In this document: positions 21,316-32,876 of the stretch, one piece after another
Layout: each line of letters begins with the position of its first letter
How positions within the stretch are numbered: the first letter of the stretch is position 1
Assembly: GCA_963701095.1 (NCBI GenBank)
Contig: OY969564.1
Span: 1,536,001 to 1,600,000, forward strand
Direction: 5' to 3'
Origin: an uncultured Methanoregulaceae archaeon
Lineage (GTDB): Archaea > Halobacteriota > Methanomicrobia > Methanomicrobiales > Methanospirillaceae
Length of the DNA: 64,000 nucleotides
Made by a program: the position numbers and the translations under genes
Notes under the pieces: model-generated
Database searches by the model: none
What the model saw: the letters and a program-made list of their open reading frames with translations, nothing else
Told to the model about the DNA's origin: nothing

Positions 21316-21816
21316 TTAAAGCGTGCTCTGGTAAACGACCGATTCAGCACCGTCAGAATATTTAGCGGTTACTACAACGTTTGTGATCCCTGAAGGACTG
21401 GTGAACGTTTTGCTCGTCCCCGGGCTGATCCCAAGTGTACCTACCTGATCTCCATTGATCGATACCTGAATCTCTGTTACCTCCCCGGGACTACACGTGC
21501 TCTGCATGAGCTCAAGCCGTATTGATGCTGATGAAACTCTGCTTCCAGTGATCCCTATAGTGCACGTTGGTTGTGCCGGGATAGATACATCTGAACTTGT
21601 GGGAGACGCCGCTATCACTGGTGCGATAGTCGTTCCTGATCATGGGACAGTACTGATCAGTAAGAAGTAAACGATTATTATTACCACAATAAAACCCGTG
21701 ATCGGGATCAACAAGGTGAAGGTGCTCTTTTTCTTAAGGTTGAACCGGCAATTTGGGCAGGTTTTCTCCCGGGGCATAATGGGTGCACCACAGCGGGGAC
21801 AGGTCTTAGGTGCCAT
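21316..21816 (-). CDS. Zinc-ribbon + TM + pilin-like extracellular domain; interrupted by in-frame TGA at 21640-21642
   Basis: CPRCG..CPNC, TM, C-terminal VVVTAKYSDGAESVV; both ORF-track pieces are in the same frame. Confidence 0.6.
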
Positions 21817-21893
21817 ATAATCAAGTATACTCTTCAGACACGGATAGCAATATCTACGCCTTTCGTAAAACAGGCAAAAGTTTTGGAGGGGTG

Positions 21894-22604
21894 TCACATC
21901 TTTTCAAGTGCCCTCAGGCTCGAAACTGCCCCATCGAACTGTTTTACTTCAATGACCGCAGTGGCATGCTCCCGTCTCATCGCATCCATCACGGGAAGAA
22001 AAACTATATTTCCATCACCTACGGGACTATGGGTATCCCTTTTCCCGTCATTATCATGGATGTGGAGGTGAACAAAGTGCCTTTCAAGAAATGCCGGCAG
22101 GCACCGGTTAAGGTTTGCATGGCCAATATCGAGCGTAAAAGGTTGATCCCGGATAATCGCAAGATCTTCAGGAGTCCGTAAATTAAAAAAATTCATGTCA
22201 CCCATATTCTCGAACGAGAAGGCTACCGAGAGATCGTGTGCTGCACGGTTAAGCTCGGTAAGGGATTTTTCAAACTGACGGTTAGCCTGCTCCCGTTCTT
22301 GCGCCCAGGCAAAGTAGCCAGGATGGAGGACCACTGCAGCGCCTATCTCCGCGGCTCGTGTAAAGCAGTTTGTCATAACTTCAACACTTGCTTTACGAAC
22401 ACCTTCGAAAATACAAGCGATATTTAAGCCATGATAGGGGGCATGAAGGATGAAATCGCTGGAATAGCTCTCGAAGAGTTCGGGGCTGTCCACGAAATGG
22501 GGGCCCTCGTCCATGACCTCTATAAGATTGGTGAGACGACACAACCGGTCCAAGGCAACCGGAAGCGACTCGTCTATGAGGCAATAGGTCGAGATGCCGA
22601 TCAT
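21894..22604 (-). CDS. Sugar phosphate isomerase/AP endonuclease 2 family TIM barrel
   Basis: LHAP, VLHPG, FENM, LDIGHA, HLHIHDNDG..DTH. Confidence 0.85.
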   Translation of the reverse strand: MIGISTYCLIDESLPVALDRLCRLTNLIEVMDEGPHFVDSPELFESYSSDFILHAPYHGLNIACIFEGVRKASVEVMTNCFTRAAEIGAAVVLHPGYFAWAQEREQANRQFEKSLTELNRAAHDLSVAFSFENMGDMNFFNLRTPEDLAIIRDQPFTLDIGHANLNRCLPAFLERHFVHLHIHDNDGKRDTHSPVGDGNIVFLPVMDAMRREHATAVIEVKQFDGAVSSLRALEKM

Positions 22605-22696
22605 GAAAAGCGATAATACATAACGTGATATATAGATGTGGATTATGAATGTCTTTTATACGAATTCGTTCACGCTACTATGCTTTTAAGCGGGGT

Positions 22697-23880
22697 TTAA
22701 AATACTGGCATTAATCCGCGATGGGTCCCTGTCAACGATCGGCCTCCATCAGGCGTTACCATAAAAGTGTTTTCTATCCCGACAAGGCCAACATCCTCGA
22801 TCCCCTTCTTTGGCTCAACGGCAAAAACCATGCGCTCCTGCAGAGGTTCATTAAATCCTTGTGCGATAACAGGGGTTTCATCGATCCACAGCCCAATCCC
22901 ATGCCCGAGGAATTTTACCGTATTATTCCTGTATCCCATGAACCCTTTTTTGAATTCAGGTCCAAGTCCGTTCATGACGTTTGTATAAATCTCCGAGGGA
23001 ATAGCGCCAGGTCTCAGAAGTGCGGCTACTTCATCCTGTACGGCGACACACTGTTCGTGGACACAGATTGCATCATCAGGAATTGCTTCCCCAAACATGT
23101 ACGTCATAGTTTTGTCGGTCTGGTATCCTTCAAAGCCACACCCTATATCGACGACAACAAGATCGCCTTTTGCGAGTTTCCTTTCCCGCACCCGGCCATG
23201 GGAACGGCAGGACACATGCCGGAGATCCCCCCGGGGGTATCCACACAAATAGGATTAACCGAACTCATGCCAAAACCAATCTGACCAAGCAGCATCTCGT
23301 TAAACATGCCGAACCGTATAATACCCTGGTGACCCTCCCGGACCATAACTGCATAGAGTGCTGACGCAAGAGAGACCTCATCGATCCCATCTGTTAAAAG
23401 ATCCGGTACGAGATCTTCGAGAACGTGCCTGTGGATCTTCCCGGCCTTTTCCATCAGGGCAATTTCATACGGACTTTTAACCGATCTTACCGCGGCAACA
23501 TGTGCATCGACACCAATGGGTCCGGTAAAAGAGAAGTGTTTCTGCATGCGACCGTACTGGGCGATCGATACGAAATCGAGTTCAAGATGAACCGGGTTTT
23601 TTATCGGCCCCGTCGCTGATGCGGCGTCGCGGTAGCTTGCCATCGGTCTGATATCAGGAAACTGCGATTCTTTGATTGCCCGCTCCCAACTTTTCCGGAC
23701 CCAGAAGATAGCATCACTATTTCGAGGAACGAGCAGCAGTCCGTCCTGAATGGTGCCAGTAAAATAATAAAGATTAATTTTTTCCGTGATAGCCGCTACC
23801 TCCCAGTCGGGACAGGTACGGTCTAAACGGTCCCTGAAACGGACCATCCTCGCATTGAGTTCAGTGATTGGGACCTGCAT
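22697..23880 (-). CDS. Xaa-Pro aminopeptidase (M24); frameshift ~23188
   Basis: [36 protein letters not shown]. Confidence 0.9.
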
Positions 23881-23996
23881 ACTTCTGGAAGTACCATAAG
23901 CAGACCATGCTATTTATCGGTACTGAGTAGGTCGACAAAACTTCGGAATCGATTTTTAAAAAGGATAAAACAGGTAATAAAAAGAAAACAAAAAAA

Positions 23997-24674
23997 TTAA
24001 TCCCGGTGCTTGTCCGCTTCCCACCGTTCCAGAACCTCGCCGCCTTCGACAAAAACGAATCCATGCTTCTTCGCATACGCTTTTGCACCAGCTTTTGGGA
24101 GTGCGTAACCGGACTCATCGTCCAGCATCTCGCAGATTGTGATCGAAGGCGTGACACCAGCCATGCGGGCAAGTGCTACAGAAAGTTCTGTCTGTCCGCG
24201 CCTTTGGTCAAGCAGGTTGTCGGCCGCACGTAAGAGGGCGCAGTGGCCCGGAGTGCGGAAAGATTCGCTGAAATGTGTACCTCCACCATTCAACGACTTT
24301 TTCACCTGCTCTGCTACTGCAGTTATCGTGAGCGCCCGATCCCGGTCAGTGATACCGGTGAACGTATTTTTGTGATTGACCCATAGAGAAAACGAGGAGT
24401 GGTTTTTTCGGTCATACGGGATATCACCCTTTTGTTCGGCAACATCCGTATTACGGAGTACATCGCTCGCAAAGGGCAAGCCAAGTTTCTCTGCCGCGAC
24501 CGGATCGACCGCAGTACAGATCAGACCGCCGCCATCTTTTCGCATCTGGAGAATATGACGGGGTGTAACCATATCGGACCGGATCGCAAAATCAGTCTCG
24601 CCTTCCCGGTCATCAAAATCGTAGAGCAAAATGAATCTTCCATTCCGAAGAGCTTTAATCGCATCGTCAATCAT
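23997..24674 (-). CDS. ribB: 3,4-dihydroxy-2-butanone 4-phosphate synthase
   Basis: DREGETD, GGLICT, TGITDRDR, FRTPGH, RRGQTE, CEML. Confidence 0.95.
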   Translation of the reverse strand: MIDDAIKALRNGRFILLYDFDDREGETDFAIRSDMVTPRHILQMRKDGGGLICTAVDPVAAEKLGLPFASDVLRNTDVAEQKGDIPYDRKNHSSFSLWVNHKNTFTGITDRDRALTITAVAEQVKKSLNGGGTHFSESFRTPGHCALLRAADNLLDQRRGQTELSVALARMAGVTPSITICEMLDDESGYALPKAGAKAYAKKHGFVFVEGGEVLERWEADKHRD

Positions 24675-25335
24675 ATGCCACCTCAATATTCACCCGATCG
24701 TTCTCTTTTAGATGTAGATCATCGCGGAGCCCTACAGGAGCAATAACCTCAACAATATCCTCGGGATAATGGCTCCGTCCGGGGACAACAATCCCGCAGG
24801 AAATATCATTGATCCGGCAGGGAAGACACCTGACACCACCAAACGTCCGACCTTCGGTCGAGAAGCCCTTGATCGGAATCCAGGTCAGCGTTTCGATCTT
24901 CTTCCGGATCGGAATATCTGATCCGGCAAGGCGGAGGTTAAGCGTCCCCGGATACGGCTCAAAACCGAGGTGTCGGAGGAACTGCTTTTTGTAGGGTTCA
25001 AGGCTCATATAGTAACGACCCTCACCGAGCCCGCTCACAACAACACCGGAAAGGGAATAATGCCCACCTTCATGGCCAAAGAGCCGGCAATACTCCGCAT
25101 ATTCACGCCTGAGTTCTTCTTCCCCTTCTTTTGTGACCGTTATGTGCTGGCCATCAGGGTTCATGGTCCGGGTAATCAGCCGCTGGTTTTCGAGAGATTT
25201 GAGCCGGCGGGACGCGGTCTGCGGACTTGTGACCAGCGCACCCGCGAGTACCTGCGATGAGGCAAACACAGGGCCACGGCACCCACCCATGAGAGCGATA
25301 ATCTTGAGGGATTCGAGATCCTCTGCCAATACCAT
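24667..25335 (-). CDS. ribK: CTP-dependent riboflavin kinase with N-terminal winged helix (RbkR-type)
   Basis: SPQTASRRL HTH; SGLGEGRYY, PYPGTLN. Confidence 0.93.
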   Translation of the reverse strand: MVLAEDLESLKIIALMGGCRGPVFASSQVLAGALVTSPQTASRRLKSLENQRLITRTMNPDGQHITVTKEGEEELRREYAEYCRLFGHEGGHYSLSGVVVSGLGEGRYYMSLEPYKKQFLRHLGFEPYPGTLNLRLAGSDIPIRKKIETLTWIPIKGFSTEGRTFGGVRCLPCRINDISCGIVVPGRSHYPEDIVEVIAPVGLRDDLHLKENDRVNIEVAYD

Positions 25336-25469
25336 GTCCATCAAAATTGAGATGCATACTATTTATGGATTGCTTTCTTTCCAACTGTTGTTGAAACCTC
25401 GACGATGTTCGTTTGTTGTCGAATGTACGTTCGTTAATTATTTAACGGGACGAGTCGACTTAGTGGAGT

Positions 25470-26180
25470 ATGAAATCCGGTCTGCGACATCAGCTCGCCG
25501 AAAAAATGGCGGGCGAAATTACGCTATCGGACTCACCAGGGCTTGCGCTAAAAAAATGGCGCCAGAACTTCGAGATTGCGCCAGGTGTCCTCTCGGATCG
25601 CCTGGGAGTCTCCCCTTCTGTAATCAGTGATTACGAGAGCGGCAGAAGAAAGAGCCCTGGAACCGCCGTTGTCGGCAAGATCGTCGACACCCTCATCTCT
25701 ATTGATGAGGAAAGCGACGGCAAACACATTAACAAATTTTCCTCCATGCTCTTTTCAGGTGTCGATGATGACGTTATCCTCGATATCCACGAGTACACGA
25801 ACCCGGTCGCTCTTGATACGTTTACCGAAGCGATCAAATGCACGGTACTCTGCGGACCCATGGACCAGACCATTTTTGGCTACACTGTGGTCAACAGCCT
25901 CAATGCTATCCTTCAGCTCTCCGCTGAAGAGTTCAACCGCATTTACGGCTGGAGCACGGAAAGGGCGCTTATATTCACGAGTGTCTCGACCGGCAAGTCG
26001 CCGATGGTTGCAATCCGGGTCACTCCATTCAAACCGAGATGTGTGATCCTGCAGGGAATTGATGCGGAGAGCGTCCACCCTTTTGTCACAAAAATGGCTG
26101 ATCGGGACCACATCACCGTCCTCTGCACAGAGATGGACATCAACAAAATTGTTAGTACACTGAGGGAGAAAGAATGGTAG
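25470..26180 (+). CDS. XRE-family HTH regulator heading the HMGS-thiolase operon
   Basis: [44 protein letters not shown]. Confidence 0.85.
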   Translation: MKSGLRHQLAEKMAGEITLSDSPGLALKKWRQNFEIAPGVLSDRLGVSPSVISDYESGRRKSPGTAVVGKIVDTLISIDEESDGKHINKFSSMLFSGVDDDVILDIHEYTNPVALDTFTEAIKCTVLCGPMDQTIFGYTVVNSLNAILQLSAEEFNRIYGWSTERALIFTSVSTGKSPMVAIRVTPFKPRCVILQGIDAESVHPFVTKMADRDHITVLCTEMDINKIVSTLREKEW

Positions 26181-27226
26181 GCATCATTACCTACGGTGCA
26201 TATATACCGAGATACCGGATCAAGGTTGAGGAAATTACCCGAGTCTGGGGCGCAAATGCTGCAGATGTAACGGGGGGACTTGGAGTTTTTGAGAAGTCTG
26301 TACCTGATCTCGATGAGGACGCCGCAACAATTGCGGTTGAAGCAGCAAGAAACGCCCTAAAGCGCAGAAACATTGATCCCGAACAGATCGGTGCCGTTTA
26401 CGTGGGCAGCGAATCGCATCCCTATGCAGTCAAGCCGACAGCCTGCACTGTAGGCGAAGCGATCGGTGCGACGCCCAACATGACGGCAGCCGACTTCGAG
26501 TTTGCCTGCAAGGCAGGAACAGCTGCGATCCAGACCTGCATGGGCCTTGTTAAGAGCAAGATGATCCCGTACGGGCTTGCCATCGGTTCCGATGTCTCGC
26601 AGGGTGCGCCAGGAGATGCGCTCGAATACACTGCCGCGGCGGGGGGGGCAGCATTCATTATCGGGAACGATGACCCAATAGCCATGATCCACCATACCTG
26701 CTCGTTTACAAGCGACACGCCGGACTTCTGGCGCCGCGAGGGGCAGGATTATCCCCGTCACGGCGGCAGGTTCACGGGGGACCCGGGATACTTCAAGCAT
26801 GTGAAAGGCGCAAGTATGCTGCTCCTTGAACAAACAAAAAAGACGCCGAAGAACTACACTTATGCGGTCTTCCATCAACCTAATGCAAAGTTTCCGCAAA
26901 AAGTGGCAAAGGACCTCGGCTTTACATCAGAACAAATCAAGCCGGGCCTTGTCGTACCGAAACTGGGCAATACCTATTCAGGTGCATCACCGGTAGGTCT
27001 TGCGGCAACGCTTGACATCGCAAAACCGGGCGACACGATCTTTGTCTGCTCGTTTGGTTCTGGTGCCGGCAGCGATGCATTCGATATCGAAGTTACCGAC
27101 GCGATTGCCTCTGGAGATTTCCACCGCGATGCAGCGCCGTCGGTGCAGCAGCTCCTCAAAGACCCCATTTACCTCGACTATGCACAGTATGCAAAACACA
27201 AGGGAAAGATCGTGATGCAATCATGA
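26174..27226 (+). CDS. Archaeal hydroxymethylglutaryl-CoA synthase
   Basis: [39 protein letters not shown]. Confidence 0.93.
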   Translation: MVGIITYGAYIPRYRIKVEEITRVWGANAADVTGGLGVFEKSVPDLDEDAATIAVEAARNALKRRNIDPEQIGAVYVGSESHPYAVKPTACTVGEAIGATPNMTAADFEFACKAGTAAIQTCMGLVKSKMIPYGLAIGSDVSQGAPGDALEYTAAAGGAAFIIGNDDPIAMIHHTCSFTSDTPDFWRREGQDYPRHGGRFTGDPGYFKHVKGASMLLLEQTKKTPKNYTYAVFHQPNAKFPQKVAKDLGFTSEQIKPGLVVPKLGNTYSGASPVGLAATLDIAKPGDTIFVCSFGSGAGSDAFDIEVTDAIASGDFHRDAAPSVQQLLKDPIYLDYAQYAKHKGKIVMQS

Positions 27227-28389
27227 GAGACGTAGCAGTTATCGGAATCGGGTGCACGAAGTTCGGCGAAAAGTGGGAAAGCTCGTTCCGTGATATCTTT
27301 GTTGAGGCAGGAACGCTTGCCCTAGAGGACGCGCAGCTCTCGGGTGAGAAGATCGACGCAATGTACGTCGGGAACATGAGCGCGGGCCGGTTCATCGGAC
27401 AGGAACATATCGGCGCTCTTATCGCTGACTATGCCGGTATGGCAACCCGACATATCCCATCAACCCGTGTCGAGGCCGCATGCGCATCGGGAGGACTCGC
27501 ATTTCGGCAGGCTGTAATTGCGGTCGCAAGCGGGATGGAAGATATTGTGGTCGCAGCAGGCGTCGAGAAGATGACCGATGTCGGATCGGATGAAAGCACC
27601 GATACGCTGACCGGCGCGGCAGACCGCGAGTGGGAAGGCTTTATGGGAGCAACATTCCCGGGCCTGTATGCAATGATCGCAAACGACTACATGCACAAAT
27701 ACTCGCTGACCCGCGAGCAGCTGGCGCAGGTCGCAGTAAAGAATCATTACAACGGGGCAAGGAACCCGATCGCTCAGTTCCAGAGCGAGATCACGCTTGA
27801 CACTGTGACGAAATCAACTATGGTCGCAGAGCCGCTCCGACTCTTTGACTGCTCACCGGTAACTGACGGGGCAGCTGCGGTGATCGTGGCACCTCTTGAC
27901 CGCGCCCGCGAGTTCACGGATACACCAATCAGGGTTCTCGCAAGTGCTCAGGCGAGCGATACAATTGCGCTACATGACCGGCGCGATATCTCGACGCTCG
28001 ACGCTACGGTCGCTGCAGGGCAACGTGCCTTTAAGATGGCACACCTTTCGCATAAGGACATCAACATGGTCGAAGTGCATGATTGTTTCTCGATCGCGGA
28101 GATCTGTGCGATTGAGGATCTCGGTTTCTGTAAGAAAGGAGAAGCCGGAAAGTTTACCGCGGACGGCGAAACAGCTCTTGGCGGCAAGATCCCAGTCAAC
28201 ACGAGCGGCGGGCTCAAAGCCTGCGGTCACCCGGTCGGAGCAACAGGCATCAAACAGGTCTATGAGATCGTCCAGCAGCTCCGAGGGGAGGCTGGGAGGC
28301 GCCAGATCGAAGGTGCAAAAATCGGCATGACACACAATGTGGGCGGAACCGGCGCAACAGTCGCGGTCCACATCCTCGGGGGGGTATAA
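27223..28389 (+). CDS. Acetoacetyl-CoA thiolase
   Basis: [29 protein letters not shown]. Confidence 0.93.
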   Translation: MRDVAVIGIGCTKFGEKWESSFRDIFVEAGTLALEDAQLSGEKIDAMYVGNMSAGRFIGQEHIGALIADYAGMATRHIPSTRVEAACASGGLAFRQAVIAVASGMEDIVVAAGVEKMTDVGSDESTDTLTGAADREWEGFMGATFPGLYAMIANDYMHKYSLTREQLAQVAVKNHYNGARNPIAQFQSEITLDTVTKSTMVAEPLRLFDCSPVTDGAAAVIVAPLDRAREFTDTPIRVLASAQASDTIALHDRRDISTLDATVAAGQRAFKMAHLSHKDINMVEVHDCFSIAEICAIEDLGFCKKGEAGKFTADGETALGGKIPVNTSGGLKACGHPVGATGIKQVYEIVQQLRGEAGRRQIEGAKIGMTHNVGGTGATVAVHILGGV

Positions 28390-28390
28390 G

Positions 28391-28783
28391 ATGACGGTAG
28401 CACGGTTCTGGAGACATATCCCCCAGCGGTACAACATGGTGGGTACAAAATGCGAGCGGTGCGGGCGGCACTTCTTCCCACCCCGGACATTCTGCCCGGA
28501 CTGCCGCAGAGCAGGAAAGATTGTCGAGCATAAGTTCTCGGGTTCCGGCACAGTCGTTACATTCACAGTGATCCACACCGCAGCCGAACAGTATTCGATG
28601 CTGACGCCGTATGTGCTTGCTATCGTCAAGCTCGATGAAGGCCCACAGATCACGACCCAGGTCGTATGCATTCCCGAGAGGGCAAAGATTGGGATGAAGG
28701 TAAAAAGCGTTTTCCGCAGGATCGTCACAGACGGCGAAAGCGGTATCATCCATTACGGGACGAAATTCGTACCGGCAGAATAA
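28391..28783 (+). CDS. DUF35 Zn-ribbon/OB-fold protein (thiolase-HMGS scaffold)
   Basis: CERCG..FPPR..CPDC; YGTKF. Confidence 0.92.
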   Translation: MTVARFWRHIPQRYNMVGTKCERCGRHFFPPRTFCPDCRRAGKIVEHKFSGSGTVVTFTVIHTAAEQYSMLTPYVLAIVKLDEGPQITTQVVCIPERAKIGMKVKSVFRRIVTDGESGIIHYGTKFVPAE

Positions 28784-28844
28784 TTTTTCTCTTTTTTAGA
28801 TCGAAATTCACCACCAGTAACTTACAAAGGAGTCATTTTTTTAA

Positions 28845-29651
28845 TCAACATTTGTTACCTTTCAGAAATGTAAGTACCATTTCGCTGAATCGATTCGGGC
28901 ACTGGTACATCAGTCCGTGACCTGCGCCCGGAAATACGGCAAGTTTGGCATATGGGATCCGACAGCTGATCAGCCGGGAGTTTTCCGGCGGCACCACAAC
29001 ATCCTCATCCCCGGTAATAACGAGTGTAGGTGACTCTATATTTTCAAGCCGGGATAACGATCCTCGCCATGAGGAGAAAGCGGCTAATTGCCGAGTGCTG
29101 TTCTCAGTGCTCGTAATCTCTCTGACCTCCGGGCAATACCGGAACGGATCGTGAGTGGAAAGCCAGGCGGGCGGGAAAAGCAACGGAAACATGCGTTGGG
29201 CCACTTCCTCCATAGTCCCGTTCTTGTCTGTAAGCCGGGCAAAAATATCCACCGGAGCTCTCACTGCATCAGCGCTCCCGCAGTCCCCTGCGACAAGAAC
29301 GAGACGATTAATTTTCTCCGGAAACGCGAGCGCCAGTTCCTGTGCAATGCACGCCCCCATAGAGAAACCAAGTATATGGGCCCTGGAGATACCAAGAGAG
29401 TCCAAGAGAAAAGCCGTATCTTTTGCAAAGAGCGGGACCGAGAACTGCCCCTCCGGAACAACGGAATCCCCCGTACCTCGATTATTAAAGACAATGACCC
29501 TGAAATGCTTAGAAATTTTTTCAAGTACGGGTGGGTTCCATGTATCCATCGCAGACGCAAGGCCGTTGATAAAGATCACCGGATACCCTGAACCATATTC
29601 GTGGTACGCAAGCGTTGCATAACTAGGAGGGATTGCAGTTACCTGTACCAT
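28845..29651 (-). CDS. Alpha/beta hydrolase
   Basis: GFSMG nucleophile, GDED, GAGHG. Confidence 0.9.
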   Translation of the reverse strand: MVQVTAIPPSYATLAYHEYGSGYPVIFINGLASAMDTWNPPVLEKISKHFRVIVFNNRGTGDSVVPEGQFSVPLFAKDTAFLLDSLGISRAHILGFSMGACIAQELALAFPEKINRLVLVAGDCGSADAVRAPVDIFARLTDKNGTMEEVAQRMFPLLFPPAWLSTHDPFRYCPEVREITSTENSTRQLAAFSSWRGSLSRLENIESPTLVITGDEDVVVPPENSRLISCRIPYAKLAVFPGAGHGLMYQCPNRFSEMVLTFLKGNKC

Positions 29652-29728
29652 TGAAACGACATAGGATACTTGATCTTATGAGCATTCTCAGTGTATGCAG
29701 TGGACTGAACCACTCGCGTTAGAGGGAA

Positions 29729-29896
29729 CTAGAAAATATCTGACAACGATCCATCCAGGTTTAAAATAAAGGTCGACCCACAACCGCCACTACCCGAGCA
29801 CATGCAGAAATGTCCGTCGGATCCAAGATCCTCATGGACAACGATTGTGTTTTCCCGCTGGCAGACGGGACATGCGGGAAGATTACGGTGGACCAT
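29729..29896 (-). CDS. Small Cys-rich (Zn-ribbon-like) protein
   Basis: CPVC...CMC..GGCG in 55 aa; no family recognised. Confidence 0.45.
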   Translation of the reverse strand: MVHRNLPACPVCQRENTIVVHEDLGSDGHFCMCSGSGGCGSTFILNLDGSLSDIF

Positions 29897-30002
29897 GCTT
29901 CTTATTTTATTGCACTTAAGGAAAAAAGAGATTGCGGTATAAGTCATTTCATGTTTTTTTGCTCGATGGAAATGTGGTCTTTTCAGGATTATTCCCAGTT
30001 TT

Positions 30003-32387
30003 TCATGAATTCTGAACAGGAACAAAACTATTCCCGGTATGTATCGGCAAAGTCCTGGGAAGCTCGATACCGAGTGCCTCTTTGAGGACTTCTTCAACTG
30101 TTTCGACCGGAACAAATGTCAGTTCACCGCGGACGTCCTGTGGTACGTCCTGGAGATCGCGTTCGTTTTCTTTTGGAAGAATGACTTTTTTGATCCCCGC
30201 CCGGTGTGCAGCAAGAATCTTCTCCTTTATTCCTCCAACCGGGAGTACCACACCACTCAGAGTAATTTCGCCAGTCATCGCAAGGTCGGAGCCTACGGTT
30301 TTCCCGGTAATCAGTGATGCGAGTGCCGAAAATATCGTCACCCCTGCCGAGGGGCCGTCCTTTGGTGTCGCACCAGCGGGCACGTGGATGTGGATGTCAC
30401 TTGTGATAAAGTTAAATCCATTCTGAGTTCCGGCAAGCCGGGATCGGATGAGGCTTGACGAAATCGTCGCCGATTCCTTCATCACATCCCCAAGCTGGCC
30501 GGTAAGGGTGAGCTTGCCAGTACCGGGCATAAACGTCCCTTCGATAAAGAGTATCTCCCCACCGACAGGTGTCCAGGCAAGGCCGGTAACTACCCCGGGA
30601 ACCGGTTCTTTCCGTGCCACTTCCTGCCGGATCTGCTCCTTACCAAGGATCGTTAAAAGATTATCAGGAGTAACTACGAGCGGCAGCTCAGCGGTACCGG
30701 AGACAATCTTTTCGGATACGTGCCGGGCGATTTTTGCGAGCTGCTTCTTGAGCCACCGGACACCAGCTTCACGAGTGTATTTTTCGATGATCAGCTTCAG
30801 GGCATCATCTTCGAATTGGAGTTTGTCCTCATCAAGGCCATGTTCCTTTAAAACCTCTGGGATAAGGTGGTCTTTAGCAATGGCAAACTTCTCGCTTTTT
30901 GTGTAGCCGGAGATCTCAATCATTTCCATACGATCGAGAAGCGGCGCCGGAATCGTAGATAGGGAATTCGCCGTCGCTATGAAGAGAACATCCGAGAGAT
31001 CGTACGGCACTTCGAGGTAATGATCCGAGAATGTACTGTTTTGTTCCGGGTCAAGTACCTCGAGGAGTGCACTTGCCGGGTCACCCGCATATGACGATGA
31101 AATCTTGTCTATCTCATCGAGTATAAAAACCGGATTCTTCGTTCCGGCTTTATGGATTCCCTGGATAATCCTTCCAGGCAGAGCCCCGACATAGGTCCTC
31201 CGGTGTCCCCGGATCTCTGCCTCGTCCCGAACTCCACCAAGGCTGATCCTTACGTATTTCCTTCCGAGCGCCTCCGCAATACTTTTTCCAAGACTCGTTT
31301 TTCCGGTGCCGGGTGGGCCTGCAAAGAGCAGGATTGAACCTTGTTTTTCCTGACGGAGTTTCATGACCGCAAGGTGCTGGACAATACGCTCCTTGACTTT
31401 TTCAAGTCCGTTGTGATGGTTGTCGAGGACACGGCGGGCCTGAACGATATCAATGTTCTTTTTCTCTTCAGTGACCCACGGTAGGTCGAGCATGAGATCG
31501 AGATAATTCCGGATTACTGAACTTTCATGGTTCTGGCTGCCGCCGGTCTCAAGTTTCTTCACTTCAGCGAGGGCTTTTTTCCGAACATCATCGGGCATCT
31601 TCGAAGCTTCGACTCGTTCCCGGTAACCCTCATCACCGGATGTGCCTGAGCTTGCATTAAGTTCCTCCTGGATAACCTTCATCTGCTCTCTGAGCATCGC
31701 TTCCCGGTTTGATTTGCTTACCCTGTCAGAGACTTTTTCTGCCATCTCAATCCGGATCCTGATGTTCTCCCGCGTTTTGATGAGAAGCTCAAGGAACGTG
31801 ATGTACCGCTGTCTTACAGAGACGATCTCAAGTAACTCCTGTTTCTCGGCAATATTGATCGGAAGGAAAGGCATTACAAAGCCAATGATCCTGTCTATAG
31901 ATTCCATCTTGTCGATGGGGCGGGTGAACTGTTCGGACCCGGAAAAGCGGCGGCTGATCTCGTGGATAGTGCTTTTTACATCGGTAAGGATCCGGGCCTG
32001 CAGATCTGTTTCAAGATCCTCCTGATCCGGTACAGGCTCATAGGTGGCAAAAAATTGGCCCTCACGAAGTGTAAGAGAACTGACTTTGATCCTTTTTTCG
32101 GAATTAGAACAGACAAGATAACCGCCATCGGTCGGTTGTACATGTTGGATCCGTAACAGGTTGCCGGTATTATACAGCGATTCCGCTGTCAGTTCCAGAG
32201 GGCGTATGCCACTTTTTACCGTAAGACCAATCGCTTGCCATCCGCCAGCATCCGTCGTCGAACCGAGCAAGAGATCCCCAGTTGCCTTATCAACAGGAAA
32301 CTTTGTCCGGCTCCCGGGATAAGCGACAATTTCAAAGAGGGGAATTACGAGTTTTTCCGTTGTATCTTCATTGTTTTCTGACTGCAT
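30003..32387 (-). CDS. lon: ATP-dependent Lon protease, bacterial LonA type (soluble)
   Basis: GPPGTGKTS, GHRRTYVGALPG, PKDGPSAG, GGIKEK; no TM segments. Confidence 0.97.
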   Translation of the reverse strand: MQSENNEDTTEKLVIPLFEIVAYPGSRTKFPVDKATGDLLLGSTTDAGGWQAIGLTVKSGIRPLELTAESLYNTGNLLRIQHVQPTDGGYLVCSNSEKRIKVSSLTLREGQFFATYEPVPDQEDLETDLQARILTDVKSTIHEISRRFSGSEQFTRPIDKMESIDRIIGFVMPFLPINIAEKQELLEIVSVRQRYITFLELLIKTRENIRIRIEMAEKVSDRVSKSNREAMLREQMKVIQEELNASSGTSGDEGYRERVEASKMPDDVRKKALAEVKKLETGGSQNHESSVIRNYLDLMLDLPWVTEEKKNIDIVQARRVLDNHHNGLEKVKERIVQHLAVMKLRQEKQGSILLFAGPPGTGKTSLGKSIAEALGRKYVRISLGGVRDEAEIRGHRRTYVGALPGRIIQGIHKAGTKNPVFILDEIDKISSSYAGDPASALLEVLDPEQNSTFSDHYLEVPYDLSDVLFIATANSLSTIPAPLLDRMEMIEISGYTKSEKFAIAKDHLIPEVLKEHGLDEDKLQFEDDALKLIIEKYTREAGVRWLKKQLAKIARHVSEKIVSGTAELPLVVTPDNLLTILGKEQIRQEVARKEPVPGVVTGLAWTPVGGEILFIEGTFMPGTGKLTLTGQLGDVMKESATISSSLIRSRLAGTQNGFNFITSDIHIHVPAGATPKDGPSAGVTIFSALASLITGKTVGSDLAMTGEITLSGVVLPVGGIKEKILAAHRAGIKKVILPKENERDLQDVPQDVRGELTFVPVETVEEVLKEALGIELPRTLPIHTGNSFVPVQNS

Positions 32388-32401
32388 ATGTACTCCAATT
32401 A

Positions 32402-32426
32402 TTTAGTTTGATTTTACCTAACTAAA
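32402..32426. promoter_or_regulatory. Imperfect palindrome, putative MarR operator upstream of lon
   Basis: TTTAGTTTGATTTTACCTAACTAAA; similar copy upstream of marR. Confidence 0.65.
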
Positions 32427-32443
32427 CCCCGGGATAAAAAAAA

Positions 32444-32863
32444 TTACCCGACTTTCTTCAGGATCCCGACAAGGAGATCCAGTTCGTTTTCATCGAGCGA
32501 ATCAACCATTTGTTCAATCACCTGACGCAACGCAGCCCGTTCAGCTTGTGCGATCTTTTTTCCTTTCTCGGTCAAGCGGATATACAGAATCCTTTTATCC
32601 TCGGGACAGGATTCGCGATACACGCACTCCATCCGGACAAACCGGTTGATTGTCTCAGTTATGGTGGGTTTTGAGTTTTTTGTGATCTCCGCAAGCCTGC
32701 TGAAGGTCACTTCCCCCTGTTGATCGATAGTTCTGAGATAGCCAACCTGCCTGACGGTTATCTCCGGGAGTCCGCATTCGGAGAAGATTCTGCAGGAGCA
32801 TTCATTCCTGATCCTGAAGAGTTTTTCAAACTCAGCGAATAACTGCTCCTGACGGTCCGCCAT
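32444..32863 (-). CDS. MarR family regulator
   Basis: SKPTITETINR, EDKRILYIRLTEKG. Confidence 0.9.
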   Translation of the reverse strand: MADRQEQLFAEFEKLFRIRNECSCRIFSECGLPEITVRQVGYLRTIDQQGEVTFSRLAEITKNSKPTITETINRFVRMECVYRESCPEDKRILYIRLTEKGKKIAQAERAALRQVIEQMVDSLDENELDLLVGILKKVG

Positions 32864-32876
32864 AGATCGATCTTCA

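Noticed and set aside
26174..28783. HMGS-thiolase-DUF35 as a novel system
   Set aside because: This is a known archaeal mevalonate channelling complex
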